Source: Intoshia linei
Lineage: Eukaryota > Animalia > Orthonectida
Reading direction: 5' to 3'
DNA length: 64,000 bases
NCBI GenBank assembly: GCA_001642005.1
Contig: LWCA01000045.1
Coordinates: forward strand, 1 to 64,000
Of this stretch, positions 1 to 13,996 are shown in pieces; position 1 is the stretch's first letter; each line of letters starts with the position of its first letter. The notes under the pieces are model-generated. The model was not told the DNA's origin. It ran no database searches and worked only from the letters and a program-made list of their open reading frames with translations. A program made the translations under genes and the position numbers.

Positions 1-1341
1 GGTGTCCTATGTTTATTGCGCGGCTAATTAGCGATTTGTGTGATAACTTTTCATGTTAAGGTTGCAGAAGAAAAATAATGGTATCAACAAGCGTATTTTT
101 TAATATTTTTTTTAATAGAAATAAAATATTCATGAAAATTAATGTTAATAGGCCAAAAAATAATATAAATCGGTTGGACCTATATATATTGCGCGGTTAA
201 AAATGTAAGTCTGTTTGTTTATTTATTTTTTACAGTTTAATTAAGAAAGTAAGAAGATTCGAGCTTTACAAATTCTATATTCTTATAACAGTTTTTCCTG
301 AGTCTTGTTTTATTGCAAATTTCAATATCATAAATTGAGTACTTCAAGGTTAAAAAACCCAGATTACCCTTTTTTAAAAATGAAAACAGCCCTAGAATTA
401 AAAAAAAATTAAAGATGATATAGTTATATCTTGTTAACACACACAAAAAATTTCAATCTGATAAAGCGCTTTCATGATCAAAAAAACATTTTTTTTATTT
501 TGAAACTATTTTATTAACAAAAACTGTATTAAAAAAAAAGATTATTCGGAATGTGTATACACAATATGTGATATATGAATATATGATTATATATACAATA
601 TGAAAATGTCTTTAAATTATTTTATAGGATTTTTAAACCCTTTTTTTGAATAAAACTTAAGATACAGAAACATTCTACTTTGACTCTATATAAATAGGGC
701 AGTGTTTCTGCTAGGACACCAAACTTTTGAAATTACTTTCTAATGCGCTCCAATGGAAAAAAGGTGAGAACCACTGAGATAAGGGCTACAAAAATTAGGT
801 GCGTTACACTAAATAGTTTAACTGCTAAACCAGTGTGACATCAAAATCAACCATCTATGAAAATAAATTATTAATTTACAATTTAACCTGGTTAACTCTA
901 ATAATTGTAACCATAAAAAAACAAACAATAAAACACATAATCATAATTACATCTACCTAATAAAACCGAAAAAGAAATAATTAATATAATGCAAAATTGT
1001 TGGTTAATAGACTATTAATAAACAAGTTTAAGTCATGTATAATAAAAATCTGATATGTAAACAAATAACAATTCAAAAAAATTGACATGAAAACCAATAC
1101 TGTGAACTCCATGAAAAGTTACAAAAACAAAAGAAATATATAAACCAAAAAAAATTGATTTAAAGTTGGTTAATTATTTAATTAGGCTTTGTCTACGAAC
1201 AAATGGGTACACTAGTATATTAAAATAATGGGATCTTTTCAATTATTAAAACGCAGTAAAGCGTATATTATTAAAATTAACAATACCATGTACAAAATGT
1301 TCCACTTTGAGATATGGTAAATAAAAGTGTAGTAAATATAA

Positions 1342-2216
1342 ATGATTAGACACAATACAATTGATGATTATATTCGGGAAAAATCAAATGTGTCTACAAA
1401 GCAATTGTTTGCAGCAGCTTCCCAGAAATTATCCAAATCATGTGTAGATAGTGATTTTGCATTTCGTATAAATTTAAAATTTAAAAAAATTTTCCAAGTC
1501 AGCACAGAAACAAAGAAACCTACCAAAAACAAAATGAAAGCGATACAAACGGATCAAAATGTTAAAGGTTACTACATAAATTTAAACAAAATATCAAAAT
1601 GGCATTTACCAAAAAAAAGTGAATATGAGCCTGTAAATTTTGTATTTAAAAAGGATACAAAAAAAATTAACCGCAAATTAAAACTTCAAAATGGAGGAAT
1701 ATCCACGAAAAAAAGTGTAAAGCGTTCACATACGATAAATGAAAAACTAGAAGATAGTGAAAATTGGTCAAATTTACACCACTCCAGTCATATCCAAGAT
1801 TACAAAAATTTATATAAATTAAAAATTGCTAAAACCACCAGAAATAAAATTTGTCGTGTTTATACTAATATTAATTCTAACGTTGCGGCCATTTATCCAA
1901 AACTTGATAGGATTATTAAATCCAAAATTAAAACGTCAAAATTGTCAAATTATAATTCCAGTAAAAATTATATTGGTAAAATGTTGGAACATACACAAAC
2001 TCCCATAAAGCCACAAAATTTTAGCCAAAAATCATGTATAGCCAATATTATACCTCATCGGTATCCAATTAAAAAGATTAGGTAAGATTTTAATTTCATT
2101 TGATAAAACTAAATTGTATTAGACCAAAATCAACTAATAATATCAAAACTTATCAGGTTCACAAAAAAAATATCAATGAAATTATTAATACATATGCATC
2201 CAATTATGTAATATAA
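1342..2216 (+). CDS. Hypothetical Lys/Asn-rich protein, probably 2 exons (1342-2081, 2123-2216)
   Basis: 247-aa ORF ends at AG|GTAAG. A 41-nt GT-AG intron (2082-2122) extends the frame to TAA at 2214-2216. No recognisable domain. Confidence 0.5.
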
Positions 2217-4982
2217 TATTATGTAGATTAATCTAGTCAAATTTATTAACACAATGATTCAATATATTATGTTTCACTGTTTGCTCTTATTGACGTATGG
2301 TCTATATCAGTGATGGAAAAAATATGACACGTGTGTCACCAGTGACACATAACTAGAAAAGAAACCAGGAAAAATTTTTTTTAAATATAAACCGAAAAGT
2401 CTTGCCATTTATGTGATAAGGACAAGGGTGGCAGATTTGGTGATACCAGCAACCCTTTGTTAGTTTTGATTACCAGCATAAACAATGCTGGTAACTGTAA
2501 TAGTACCAGAATTTTTTTTGAAACTTAATAACTACAATAATTTAATTTGTATAATGTAAACTGAATGCAATGACGCTTGTGTGTTTGAATTTTGAATGTT
2601 TATATTTAGTTCTCGGAAAAAGAAATTTTACCTTCATGGTTGCTACAATTTAGGTTTAATATTTTGTGGTTGGATTAACATTAACATAACTTATAGCACT
2701 GTTTAGTAAAATCGAAGTTTACAAAAAAATGTAGGAAAAGAGATTTTACTTTAAATTAAGGCTTAAGGGTTAGTAAAATTCGATTTTTTATTTCGAGTTT
2801 GGATTAAAAAAAAATTTTTAAAAAGCGTAAGATGTAGATTTTTACGTAAAGGGCTTGATATGGTATTTTTAATTAAATTTTATCAATGGTAGGATAAAAG
2901 AGGAATTTCTAAAATAATAATTGAGCGATCGTCTAGGCTTTAGGATAAAATCCCAACATCTAGAAACTCTGCCATCATATATTTTACAAAAATATATTTT
3001 TTAATTTTGTTGATAATAAAACCAAAAATGCTGGTAACACGTTTGGATAACGATCATTTGACGAATCGCATAATATTAAATATATCTTATTTTCTTAGTA
3101 AAAAATTTTATTTTTATTTAGTTGAATGAGGACAATAGGGTGTTACATTTTGGGAAGATTTAGAGCATTTGATGGGCAACTAGCATTAAATGTGTTTATT
3201 TTTAAAACAGAAAAACCATTTGGTAATCAAAAACATTGAACGGTCTCTATTCGAGTTGCTTTTGTCATTTGAAATTTATCATATTAAAATGTTGAAAATG
3301 TAAGTAAAAATTAAAACTGAACTTTTTTTGAGTGTAAAGTAGCTATAATGACATATCCATGGTTATGAGGTTATTACGTTGAACCCCGTTTGATATTATG
3401 TATGGTAATTTTTTAAATTTAACTTTTAATCATTAATTTGGTTTTAGAAAAGGTTAAAAGGCAGTCGATTTCGTATCAGTTAAATAAATACACTAAGTCA
3501 TAATAGATGTTTCACAGTCAGATGTGATTATTTAAAACCATTAACTGATGACAAATCAAAATTTATTCCGAATACTATATATAGTGTATCATTCTGTTAC
3601 TACTTTACTATCAATGATACTAAAGTGATAATACGTATTTTTTAGGCCATTTTACTGTTTGGTCAAAAAAATGCCAAAATTTTGGTCGCCCTGAACAATA
3701 TAACAAAAATTTTTTGTAGACATTATTTATTTTCTGCATACAAAAATTTGGTCAACCCTTAATAACCGTTAAATGCGCTTTTTTGCAACATTTGCCATCC
3801 CTATAAATTTTGGTAATACTAATTCACCCGAAAATTTTGTTACTTATACCAAGAAAATGTTTATATTAACGGTGTTATCTGTATCTGTAATTGACTTTAA
3901 ACGCATCCATTTGACTGCGTTATTACTGTTATATATTTATTATACTGTTAGTTTGTATTAATCTATTCACTTTGATGCTGAATTAATTACATCTGACTAA
4001 TATACTCAAATCTGACTGTGGACACTAAGGTCAATTTAACATCTAATTTGATTAATTAAAATCCTCTAAAAATTTTAACTACACATTTTTTTTCATAATG
4101 ATTATAATCAACTCTGGGAAAAATCCACAAAATAAAGTATATTAAATTTTAAATAATAAACCACATATCCTTCATGGATATGCCATTATATATCATTTCC
4201 CTTTTAATAAAGTTCAGTTTTAATTTTTATTAAAATTTTTATATGATAATTGGTTTTTCACTAATATAAACTACTTACCCGCTAACCGTCATTGATTCTT
4301 TGATGGGTCTGATCACATCCATCAAAGTTACACTGTGTGACACCCTAGACACGCATTAATGTATATAATTACAAAAACAAAACTGATACATTTATATTTT
4401 AATAGACAAGAAAATCCAATACTGTATTTTTCAATTTAATACCAATTTCAATTAAACCTTCAAAAAAGTAATCAATCAAATTCAAGTGTATACTGGTTTT
4501 TTCCTCTCCAAAAATCTAAATATTATTTCATTTATATTGATGTACAAATAAAAATATAAATATTAATGACACAAATTAATATAGACGAAATATTAGAGAA
4601 ATATCAAATAAAACATCGAATTTTGATGATTATTTGAGATACGGCTGCAAACCAATACTGGTCACAAAAATTGAGTTAACAAATTTTCACTTTTTGGGGC
4701 GTTGGAGGAAATTTTGTATTTATATTTTTGACATGTATAGTAGAGCGTTAACTTTTTAGTCGAATTTTAGAAATTGATGTAGGATGAGTAATATCATATA
4801 AATCACATCTATAATATTTTTTTTAATATCATAATAAAAAACTCCGGCCACCTTTCACTTTGAAAAATCACCTATTTTATTATGAACGATTGTTCATTAT
4901 TTCTATACATTTTTAAGTATATCAATTGTATCATTGACTAGTTAATCGTAATATACTTGAATGAGGATCCGTTTCGTAGGTA

Positions 4983-5294
4983 TTATACTCTATTTATTGC
5001 ACCACCAAAAACCTCATTTGTTAGAGCAACTTGAAGAGGTGGTACCGATACATATAAATGTTTTTTAAACATTTTAGGACACTGCGCTGTTTTTGATGGA
5101 TGGGGAGGTGGTAATTCTTCTATATGAGAGCTGCAGTGTTCTAGGCCATTTTTTAATGGAAGTTTATACCACTTTATATATTCTCTATGGTTGGTAAAAG
5201 AATAATCTTTGATGTCAAATTTGTTCGTTCCGTTTGATAGGAATGCATCACTTTTTTTCAGATTTGGACGTGGCATAAATGTGTCATATTCCAC
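4983..5294 (-). CDS. Possible exon of an unknown gene
   Basis: 103-codon ORF, locally higher GC. Another exon-like block (AG...GTAAGT) lies at ~4280-4345 on the same strand. No homology recognised. Confidence 0.3.
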   Translation of the reverse strand: MEYDTFMPRPNLKKSDAFLSNGTNKFDIKDYSFTNHREYIKWYKLPLKNGLEHCSSHIEELPPPHPSKTAQCPKMFKKHLYVSVPPLQVALTNEVFGGAINRV

Positions 5295-5646
5295 GATAGT
5301 TTTGATAATTTAATATTTCTATTAATTAATTAATCTATTAATTAATAATTTCTATTCAAAGCAATATTTATAATATTGAATTTTTTATACAAATTATAGA
5401 GTTCTTGAGCTATAATTTAGTAAATCAGATTTACAATTCTGTAGATCTCGAAATTTCAATCTTTGTTAAATATCCTCCAATATTTTACGTTTACAATTAA
5501 GTCGCATTTGATAACGGGTACCCGCGTACAGATTTCTAGAGAAATAAAACATGGATAAAATATATTTGGCTTAGCTTTTATTACTAAATTCGCAGAACCA
5601 TTTTTGTGATTATAAGAGTTATTATACGACATGTGATACATTATAC

Positions 5647-5857
5647 CAGCGTTTCCCAAATGCTGGTCCGTGCAAATTATTTGCGGGTTCATTGTAATGT
5701 AGCAAATAATTGTGAAAAATTTTTTACTATTTAAAAGTCAATTTATTACGTTTCTTATCAAATTTTTTTTAATGGTAGTAATTTCACTTTAATGTTATAA
5801 TAATGATAAATTTTACAATTTATTACCAGTCCCCCGTGAAAAAAGTGGCAACGCCTG
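5647..5857. mobile_element. Buster-type hAT MITE
   Basis: CAG...CTG imperfect TIRs and perfect 8-bp TSD CATTATAC on both sides. Confidence 0.85.
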
Positions 5858-5865
5858 CATTATAC

Positions 5866-6725
5866 CAACTTGGTATCTAGTAACAGAGAAGTAGATTTAA
5901 ATGTCAAAATAGTTTCGAATTGTATGATTAAAACCAAATTTACACGAATAAAAAAGTTTCTACATTTTTGTGATAACAATAAAATCGATAAAACTGATAA
6001 AATCGCAAAAATCAAACCATTAATAAATTTCCTTAATAAATGTTTAAACAATTTGGAGTTTTCAAAACAGATTTGAGCATAGATAACCAAATGATACCGT
6101 ATAGTGGATTTCATGGATCAAGGCAGTATATGCCTAATAAGCCTATTAAATTTGGTTATAAAGTTTGAATGTTAGCATCAAGTGACGGTTATCGATTTCC
6201 TCTAGAAGTATATATAGATATCAAAAAATGAAAGGAAATCCCCATTAGGATAAAGTGTTATTTCTAATTTACTAAAATCTATTGAAATACCTGAAAGTCA
6301 TACTATCACTTTTGAAAATTTCTTTACAACTATTAATTTTATGAAATAATTAAAAACTAAAGGGGTTAAGGCAACTGGGACAATTGGGGATAATCGAGTC
6401 GAATTGAATCAAGGATGCTCCTCTCATGATATCAAAACAGGTGAAAAAGATTTCCCGTGGATTTTATGATTACAAAAGCGATGACATCTTATTGGTAAGA
6501 TGGAATGACAGTAAACCTATGACAATTGCAACAAATTATGATTCTATTTTCTATTGTCCTAAGTTAGTCGGTTTTGTAGACCTTCCCTGAAAAGTGTCAA
6601 ATTGATTGTCCAAATATAATAAAAAATTATAATGAAGTATGGAAGGTGTCGACTACGTAGACTGAGCAGTTAGTAATTACCGTCCAGGCATAGCTGTAAA
6701 AAAATGATAATTTCCATTTTTTCCT
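5866..6725 (+). pseudogene. piggyBac (PGBD-like) transposase relic
   Basis: Motifs FTRIKKFLHFCDN, DKIAKIKPL, SIDNQMIPYSG, QYMPNKPIKFGYKV, RWNDSKP and GVDYVD, with stops and frameshifts. Confidence 0.88.
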
Positions 6726-7387
6726 CATACATAAAACTTCATTCTAATTTTTTTATTAATCTTTTTGAAGCTGATATAAATTTTGTTTCAGAAAAGTTGG
6801 TGAACTGATAGATTTGTAGAATAATGTTTCGTCAGACTGGATATAAAAATTGATGATTAATAAAAAAATCTATTCCCTCATCTTTGGGGAGAGGTTAAGT
6901 TTTTATTGGCGTTCCCTTCTTCATATCGAGTCGAAAAGGAATGTAGTGCTGGAATGATCTTCAGACCAAAAAAACATCCAAATTGAAAAGTGTCCGACAT
7001 AAGTCTTAGGCACCCAATTGTAATTAATCTAAACACTCGTGGTTCATAACTTTAGACATTTTTTTATATCATATCTAGTGTATAATCATGAGAAAATATT
7101 TAAAAAACCTAAAAAAGTAAAAACTATAGAAAAAATATAATAATTAATGAAATATAGGTATTTTTAATTAAAAATGCAAAATTTAGAGCGACATAAGTCT
7201 TATGTACCTATAAAATAATACAATTAGTTATGTTAATTAAATGAAAATGTCAGATAAATATATATAAAATTACTAATATTTTGTATTCCATTATTTCTTT
7301 TTAATAATTGATACAATTCTTCAAAGCAATAAAGAATACAAACCTTGAATAGTTTTAGAGGTACGCGGTCCCATTCGTCCTGTATAT

Positions 7388-8957
7388 CAGGCATTCTCAA
7401 CCCTTTTTCGCTATGAACCCCTAAGATGATATTAAAAAAAACCTGTGGACCTCAAAAAAATAAATAATAATGACAAATTTTAATGAATCATTACATTTGG
7501 GTAACGAATGATGGCCAAATAAGATGGAGTAATCTAGCTTTGCGAGATAAATAAGATTCTTGGAATTCACGTTTTTACAAGATGTTCTATATCAAGTTCT
7601 AAATTTGATTATTGATATTTATCGAATATGTCCGATAGATAAAAAATATCACTTTTGACAGTATATATATTTATTCCATAGCTCCTTTCATTCAGAAATA
7701 CCATTACTGTGTTCAATAACGTAATAAACCGCTTTAAATAAGTGCCTTTGGATAACCACCTAACTTCGGTGCGCAATATTAACATCCTAAAAATGTCGTT
7801 ATTTTCTTAACATAAAACTTTAAATATTCCATCTTCAGAGAATTACTTTTTATAAAATTTACGGCTTCAATAATTAATAATAACGAAGTATTGAGACTAG
7901 TTCCTAATTTCTTCGCGATAAGATGCTCTCTATGTATTACGCAATGTATGGAAAATATTGATCGAACGACTTTTTTAAGCTCCGCTATAAACCTGCCTAC
8001 CAACCATATTTGCTGCTCTATCAGTGGCACATGCTATTATACTCTCAATTAAGATTTGATTTTCGGTAAAATATGTTTTTGCCTAATTAAAAATCGTAAT
8101 GCCTTTAGTATCAGTTTTGATACTACTTATAACATTTCTTCAATTATTTTTGATCTAACTAATATCTAATCTATCTAACTGATAAATCTAACGTATGCCA
8201 TTAACAGAAATGCATTATTTTTTAAGGTTGTTTCATCAATCTGAATAAAAATTTTTGTTGATCTCAGTGAAGTAGTAAATTTATCTTCAATATTTGTTGC
8301 CATTTCATGGATTCTTCTTGACACAGAAGAATTGCTGAATAGAAGAGATCGCATTACACTTCTATCAAGATTTTCAAATAGTTCACACAATACTATACTA
8401 ATTGCTGGAAGAATTAGTGATTCGCCATTACTATGAGGTATTTTATTTTCGGCAATTATTTTACTTATTTTGTAAAATCCCGAAAGCCCCTTTTATAAGT
8501 GCCTTAGATATGGATGTGTAATGATTTATAATCATATTTTCAAAATATGAAATACATTTATCTTTTTCATTTGGATGTATTCTGTTTAGGTGAGTTTTCA
8601 GTTTGATTGGTTTCATACTATCATTTCCTAGAATTTTCATACCAATTAAACACATCAGCAATTTTGGATTATTGGTTGATTCGATAAAGCCATAACATCA
8701 ATAACTAATTAGGTAGGATCAACATTTTTCCTAAAAATCACTAACATAAAGTCACTTTTTCATAGTTATCGTCATATTTTAAAATTGCAGTCTTTTTTTC
8801 AAAACTAAAGTCAGTTTATTTGTTTACTTCTTTAAAAAAATAAGTTTATGATTTGAAAATATGACGTTAGTTAAGAAAAAATGACTTTATGTAGTGAAAA
8901 TGTCTATAATATGTAATAAATGTATATAATTTTCATAGACCCCGTTGATAATGCCTG
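7388..8957 (-). mobile_element. Buster-family hAT transposon (decayed SCAND3/ZBED5-like transposase)
   Basis: TIR CAGGCATT(C/A)TCAAC and TSD CTGTATAT/CTGTATGT. ORF pieces read DSMKPIKLKTHL, SNSSVSRRI, IQIDETT, HCVIHREHL and EVRWLSKG. Confidence 0.92.
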
Positions 8958-9079
8958 CTGTATGTCTTCATATTTCTTCTAAGTTTACTGGATCTAGCTT
9001 ATAAACCTTATTTTTCAAAATTTTCCACACATCTTCAGTAATGTTTAAATCTGGACTTTGCACCGGTAAATCTTTTAAT

Positions 9080-9987
9080 AATTATTTTCCGAGTGTGCAA
9101 GCAACGATTTGTCGAAATATAGTAATCCAGCCTTTGAAACGCTCATAAAAGCTTTAAATAAATACCAAAAGAAAAATTTGAATATACTATATGACACAGT
9201 TACTACTTTTGTTACTGTTATATACCAATCTTTATGTGATAAAGCTATCTTTAATAGATTGTTTGTTTTACTGATTGATAAATGGGAGAAGACTAGTATG
9301 CAAGATTCTACCTTTTTCTATAAGGGAAAGTGTGATTTCATTAGTTATAACGGTGAACAGTTACGTAGAACCTTATGCTGAAAAAATGTACCTAATATTC
9401 TTTGATTTGTTGGAACACACATTAAAATTACAGGAAGCTTATATTTCTTTTTCAAGAAACGTGGATGAACCTGATACAGGGTTTTTTATAGTTCTTTGGA
9501 TTTAATTGGAGCTCTGGTGATCAGTTTAAACAATAATTTTTGCAAATTTTTAAGTTTGGACGTAAAATTAATAAATTTAATACACACTTGTTGTTTGCAG
9601 GATGCCATTGTTATCAAACAAAGTGCTTATGCACTTCTTGGTGATTTAGCTAAGTATTGCTTACAATATTTTTCAGGTTATATTATCGAATTCTTTGACC
9701 CAATAGTGAAACTTTTAAATACTCCCAAAAATCGTGCAGCTAGTAATGCTATATTGCTACTCAGCCAATTATCTCAGCACATGAGCCAAAACTTTGCTGA
9801 ATATGTCCCCATGTTCTTCCCAATATTTATTAATATTATAAATGACTTTTCAATGCCAATTTCAGTTATTCAAAATACAACTGTTTTGATCTGTAGGATG
9901 TGCAATTGTAACTCTGATGAACCCTGGAAATATCTCGATTCATTTATAATTTATAATGTTTTTATACGATTACGCTTTATCAAATGA
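9080..9987 (+). pseudogene. TNPO1: Transportin-1 (karyopherin beta2) internal HEAT-repeat fragment, intronless and frameshifted
   Basis: KYQKKNLNILYD, PDTGFFIV, DLIGAL and KQSAYALLGDLAKYC match transportin KYQHKNLLILYD, PDKDFMIV and RQSSFALLGDLTKAC. The match is split across ORFs 9109, 9275 and 9496. Confidence 0.85.
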
Positions 9988-11734
9988 TGGTTTTCTTTGC
10001 TGTGTGACACGGTGCTTGCTGCTTCTTCAATCCATCGATAAATGTTATTTATTTGCTTTTCTAAGAATTCTGATATTCTTGAGCGTTTATTATTCCTACA
10101 CACTTTATTAATACTCTTTTTCTATCTGCGATAATACCTACCCAAATCATATATGACTGGCTTTGTTTAATACTTCTACTTGTGTACATCGATAAAAATT
10201 TTGTTTTTTTAGGTCTTCATACATAAACTATTCGTCTTGTAAATAATTCAAAACGACTTTCATCAGTGAAGCTTATATTTTTATATTGGTTCGTTCATAC
10301 CACTTACATCATTTAAAACGGTTTATTCAGTGAAATGTTTTAAGAAACAGTTTTCAACTTGCAATTCTTCCATATAATCAAATTCTATATAACACGTTGC
10401 ACCTAATCAAACTCAGCTTTTTTGAAATACTGGAGTGTTACTTAACCCTTAATACTGTCAAGAAAAAGTTTTTATTTGTTTCCCTCATTATAATAGTCTC
10501 TTAGCTGGCGGTTAGCATGCGTTTCGACCGATCTTGGCAAACAAGCTATGCATAACCCTTTAATATTTTGAAACCCACATAGATAAATACTAAAGGTTTT
10601 ACTTATAAAACTGACTATTTTTCTTCCTTGTATTAAGACACGACATTGTATCTTTTTTAGTAACTTGCTAAAAAAATAGTTATATTTAATTTATAGATCA
10701 TTAATAATTCACTACGTTTTAGTTTCATCGATATTTAATATTGTTTAATTGAATTTATCAAGGTGCCTAAGACTTATGTCGTAAATATTTTTAATATCGT
10801 AAACAAAACAGTATTGAAATGTATCTTTTTATAGTAGTGTATGAGTTTATGATATTAGTATGGTTATATATTAGTGAGATCATTCTTTAATTAGTCTCAT
10901 ATTTAAGTTGAAGTTCAACATACGCCTTATTAACTTGATAGTGGTTTTTAATGAGAATATGTAGGGTGCCTAAGACTTATGTCGCGCATTGTATAAATAA
11001 TTACATATTCTACTTCGGTAGTGCTGATAAAACGTGGAGTAAAGTAATCCGACTGGACCACTCATAAGTGCCACGCCGCAAATTGTCAATATAATGTTGT
11101 TTAATTTGTTAACACCCCTTTTGCCCATAGTTTCAAATTTTCGAAAAAGTTTATCCTCTAATGTTTTTGGTTGTTTCATCAATTTGACATACTAAATAAA
11201 AATAAATACAGTATCATTGTCAATATTATTCAATAACACAAATTAAATAAAAATTGTCCATCTTAACACATAATTCAAAAATTTCTACATATATTTCTAT
11301 CTAAATTACTAAATATTTATGGTGTTTTATTTATTGAATAGCGAAACCAAGTTTTATTATTCAAAACGAAAACAAATAGGCGAATGGACATGAGTTATGG
11401 TGATGCTGTTGGCTTCAGGTCGATATTATGGAACAACAAAGTCTTAACTCATGAAAATGTTACTAATCAAGTAACAAAATTCTCGAATAATCAAACGAAC
11501 TTAGAACTATCGACAGCAATGCCACATGCCATATCGTCCATAGAGACAGGAAAAATGGAAAATAAGAGAACCATTTACAAAAGGCTCAATTATCAAACAA
11601 ACAAAACTAGAACATACTTCCCAACATAGATAAATTTCCAAAATGAAGAAATCAACTAATTAATAAAATAATTAAATCGTGTATCAGTCTATATAGATCC
11701 CAACATTTTCTTAAAAAGAAAAAAAATGATTCAT

Positions 11735-12080
11735 ATAGGTTTGTCCTTGATTATAGACTTCTAAATTCAGTAATCATATGTGATAAATATCCTTAAACCA
11801 AGGAATACTATTGTTTTTGTTTTTTGGTATCTAAATAAGATGGTAAGGATAGATTTTTAGTTGATTTTAGAGTTAAATTAGTTGACTAAAATTGATTCTT
11901 ATCCTACTCCATATCCATGAGAGGTGTTTGATTTGTTGAAAGGTGATTCAGTGTTTAGTACATTAGAGTTGTCAAAAGAGTTTTAGCAAGAACCATTGAA
12001 AGAGTATAGGTCGTTGACTACATTTGCTACAAATGCATTAGAGTTGAGTAATAAGTTTTTTCAGTTTAAAATGCTTTAAT
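11735..12080 (+). pseudogene. Ty3/Gypsy reverse transcriptase relic
   Basis: LDYRLLN..DKYP, RFLVDFR, DSYPTP, FSTLEL and TTFAT remnants. Confidence 0.6.
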
Positions 12081-12732
12081 GCACACGTTCAATCTCCCAC
12101 ATATTTTACAACACTTTTTACTCCAATAAATCCTAGAAAAGATAAACAAAAATACTTGAACAGATTACGCAATCGTGATAAATGCAACAAACTTCAAAGA
12201 TTCCTCACGGAACATTGATTTGTTACGGAGGTGTAATATTCTATCTAAACTTACCTTTATTAAAGTTTTAAAATTCATTAAAACAAACTAGTTACTGATT
12301 AATAATATATTTGTACAAATTAAATTGTCCCCTTTTAAATTTATAATTTTAATATAACTGTACTTTAAATATTCCTCATCTATAACATTACAACTATATA
12401 ATAATAATATTAAATAAAAATTAACAAGGAACCATTCTGTCTTTTGAAGTGATAGATTTACAAGCATAATCTATAATCCTTTTCATTTTAATAAAAATAA
12501 GAAATATAATTAAATTAAATAATAATTTATTGAAATATGAAAGAATATATATTTGAAAGTTTATTTATAGAACTAAAGTGACGCAAGATACTATTTACAG
12601 ATTTATTTTATTGTTTCCAAAGTAATATAACGTTAAATTGAATAATGATATATTTAATTTTATAATTAACTTTTAATTACAGAGGATATTTCAATGATAT
12701 ATATTTTTGTATAGAGAGAATAGACTATACAA

Positions 12733-13996
12733 TCCTTACTTATATAATATGCTACGCGATTTTTGTTTGTGTGTGTTCCACTTTATTGAAATAAACCTGT
12801 CTTAGAATTTTATTAAGTCCACATTCCAATTACAGTTTTTTCCGGAACATATAAGAATATAAATTTCAACCTCCCAAACTCACATCTTACGGGTCAAAAA
12901 CCCCAATTGTTTTTTTTTTGAAAATCATAAACATTATCATAAATTTAAATAAATTATATCTATAGTGCCAAAACCCCAAATTACCCTTTTTTTTTTAATG
13001 AAAACAGTCCTAGAATATATAAAAATTTACAGGTGGTACACTTGTATTATATTAACACACACAAAAAATTTTAATCCGAATAAGTGACGACTTCACGGTC
13101 AAAAAAGCATTTAATTCATATATTTTTTTCCGAATTACTGTAAAACAAAAAATGTGAAATAATTAACGGTCCGCAAATTAAAAAAAAGATCATTTTTATA
13201 CTTATTACAATCCTTTGCAATTTTGGTCCAATTTAGGATTTGACTGTTTTTACTTTATTTTTAATATTATACACACATTCTGTCTAATAAAATTGGACTG
13301 TTTTTACTTTATTTTTAATATTATACACACATTCTGTCTAATAAAATTAAAAAGTTTTAACTTTATTTTTAATATTATACACACATTCTGTCTAATAAAT
13401 TAAAAAAATGGAATAACAATTGTTTTTAAAATTCTTTAAGAAAATGTTAACAAACTAAAAATTAAGATGGAATAATTCACTTTAAAGTAAAAAGTAATGT
13501 GATATGATGGTTTCACCTGAACAAAATTTGGGACCACTCTTTTGAAGATTGATAATAGTGAATAGTAGGATTTTTAAGTTAGATTTTCNTTATATAATAT
13601 TTATGCTATTTATGAAAATATTTAGGATTTGACTGTTTTTACTTTATTTTTAATATTATACACACATTCTGTCTATGAATGACATTTGTGTTTACATCTG
13701 TCTATTACACAAAATTACACACATAAAAATAGGATAACAATTGTTTTTAAAATTTTTCACGCAAATGTTAACAAAAAAAATTAAGACGGAATAATTCACT
13801 TTAATCTAAAAAGTAATGTGATATGACGGTTCCACCTGAAACAAGTTGGGAACCACTTTTTTAAAGGATTCATAATAGTGAATATTAGGAACTGTAAGTT
13901 AGATTTTCAACGTGAATTAATTTTTTTGGTATAATAAAAATGTGCCCTTTGCAGAGCTAGGTGTTGTGTATACGTAGTACATAACAGTTAACCTAG
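12733..13996 (+). mobile_element. Non-autonomous Helitron copy (contains assembly N at 13589)
   Basis: A|TCCTTACTTATATAA 5' end, TG-rich tract, 3' hairpin and CTAG|T end. Confidence 0.8.
13242..13400 (+). repeat. 54-bp minisatellite (~3 units) inside the Helitron
   Basis: GACTGTTTTTACTTTATTTTTAATATTATACACACATTCTGTCTAATAAAATTG at 13242 and 13296, plus a degenerate third unit. Confidence 0.9.

Larger units (their letters stand above)
6988..10991 (-). mobile_element. Tc1-like IR/DR transposon carrying a captured transportin fragment and a nested hAT
   Basis: Outer repeats CGACATAAGTCTTAGGCACCC at ~6995 and inverted at ~10964-10984 (ends ...CATTG|TA). Inner repeats at ~7188 and ~10762. Minus-strand transposase motifs FTDES (~10260), QQAPCHTAKK (~10000) and PVQSPDLN (~9050). 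Confidence 0.85.

Noticed and set aside
13215-13403. ORF with repeated peptide, or a CRISPR-like array
   Set aside because: It is a translation of the 54-bp head-to-tail minisatellite; there are no spacers and the context is eukaryotic
13400-13996. Apparent duplication of the Helitron 3' half
   Set aside because: The junction coincides with an N at 13589, so it is likely a contig-join artefact
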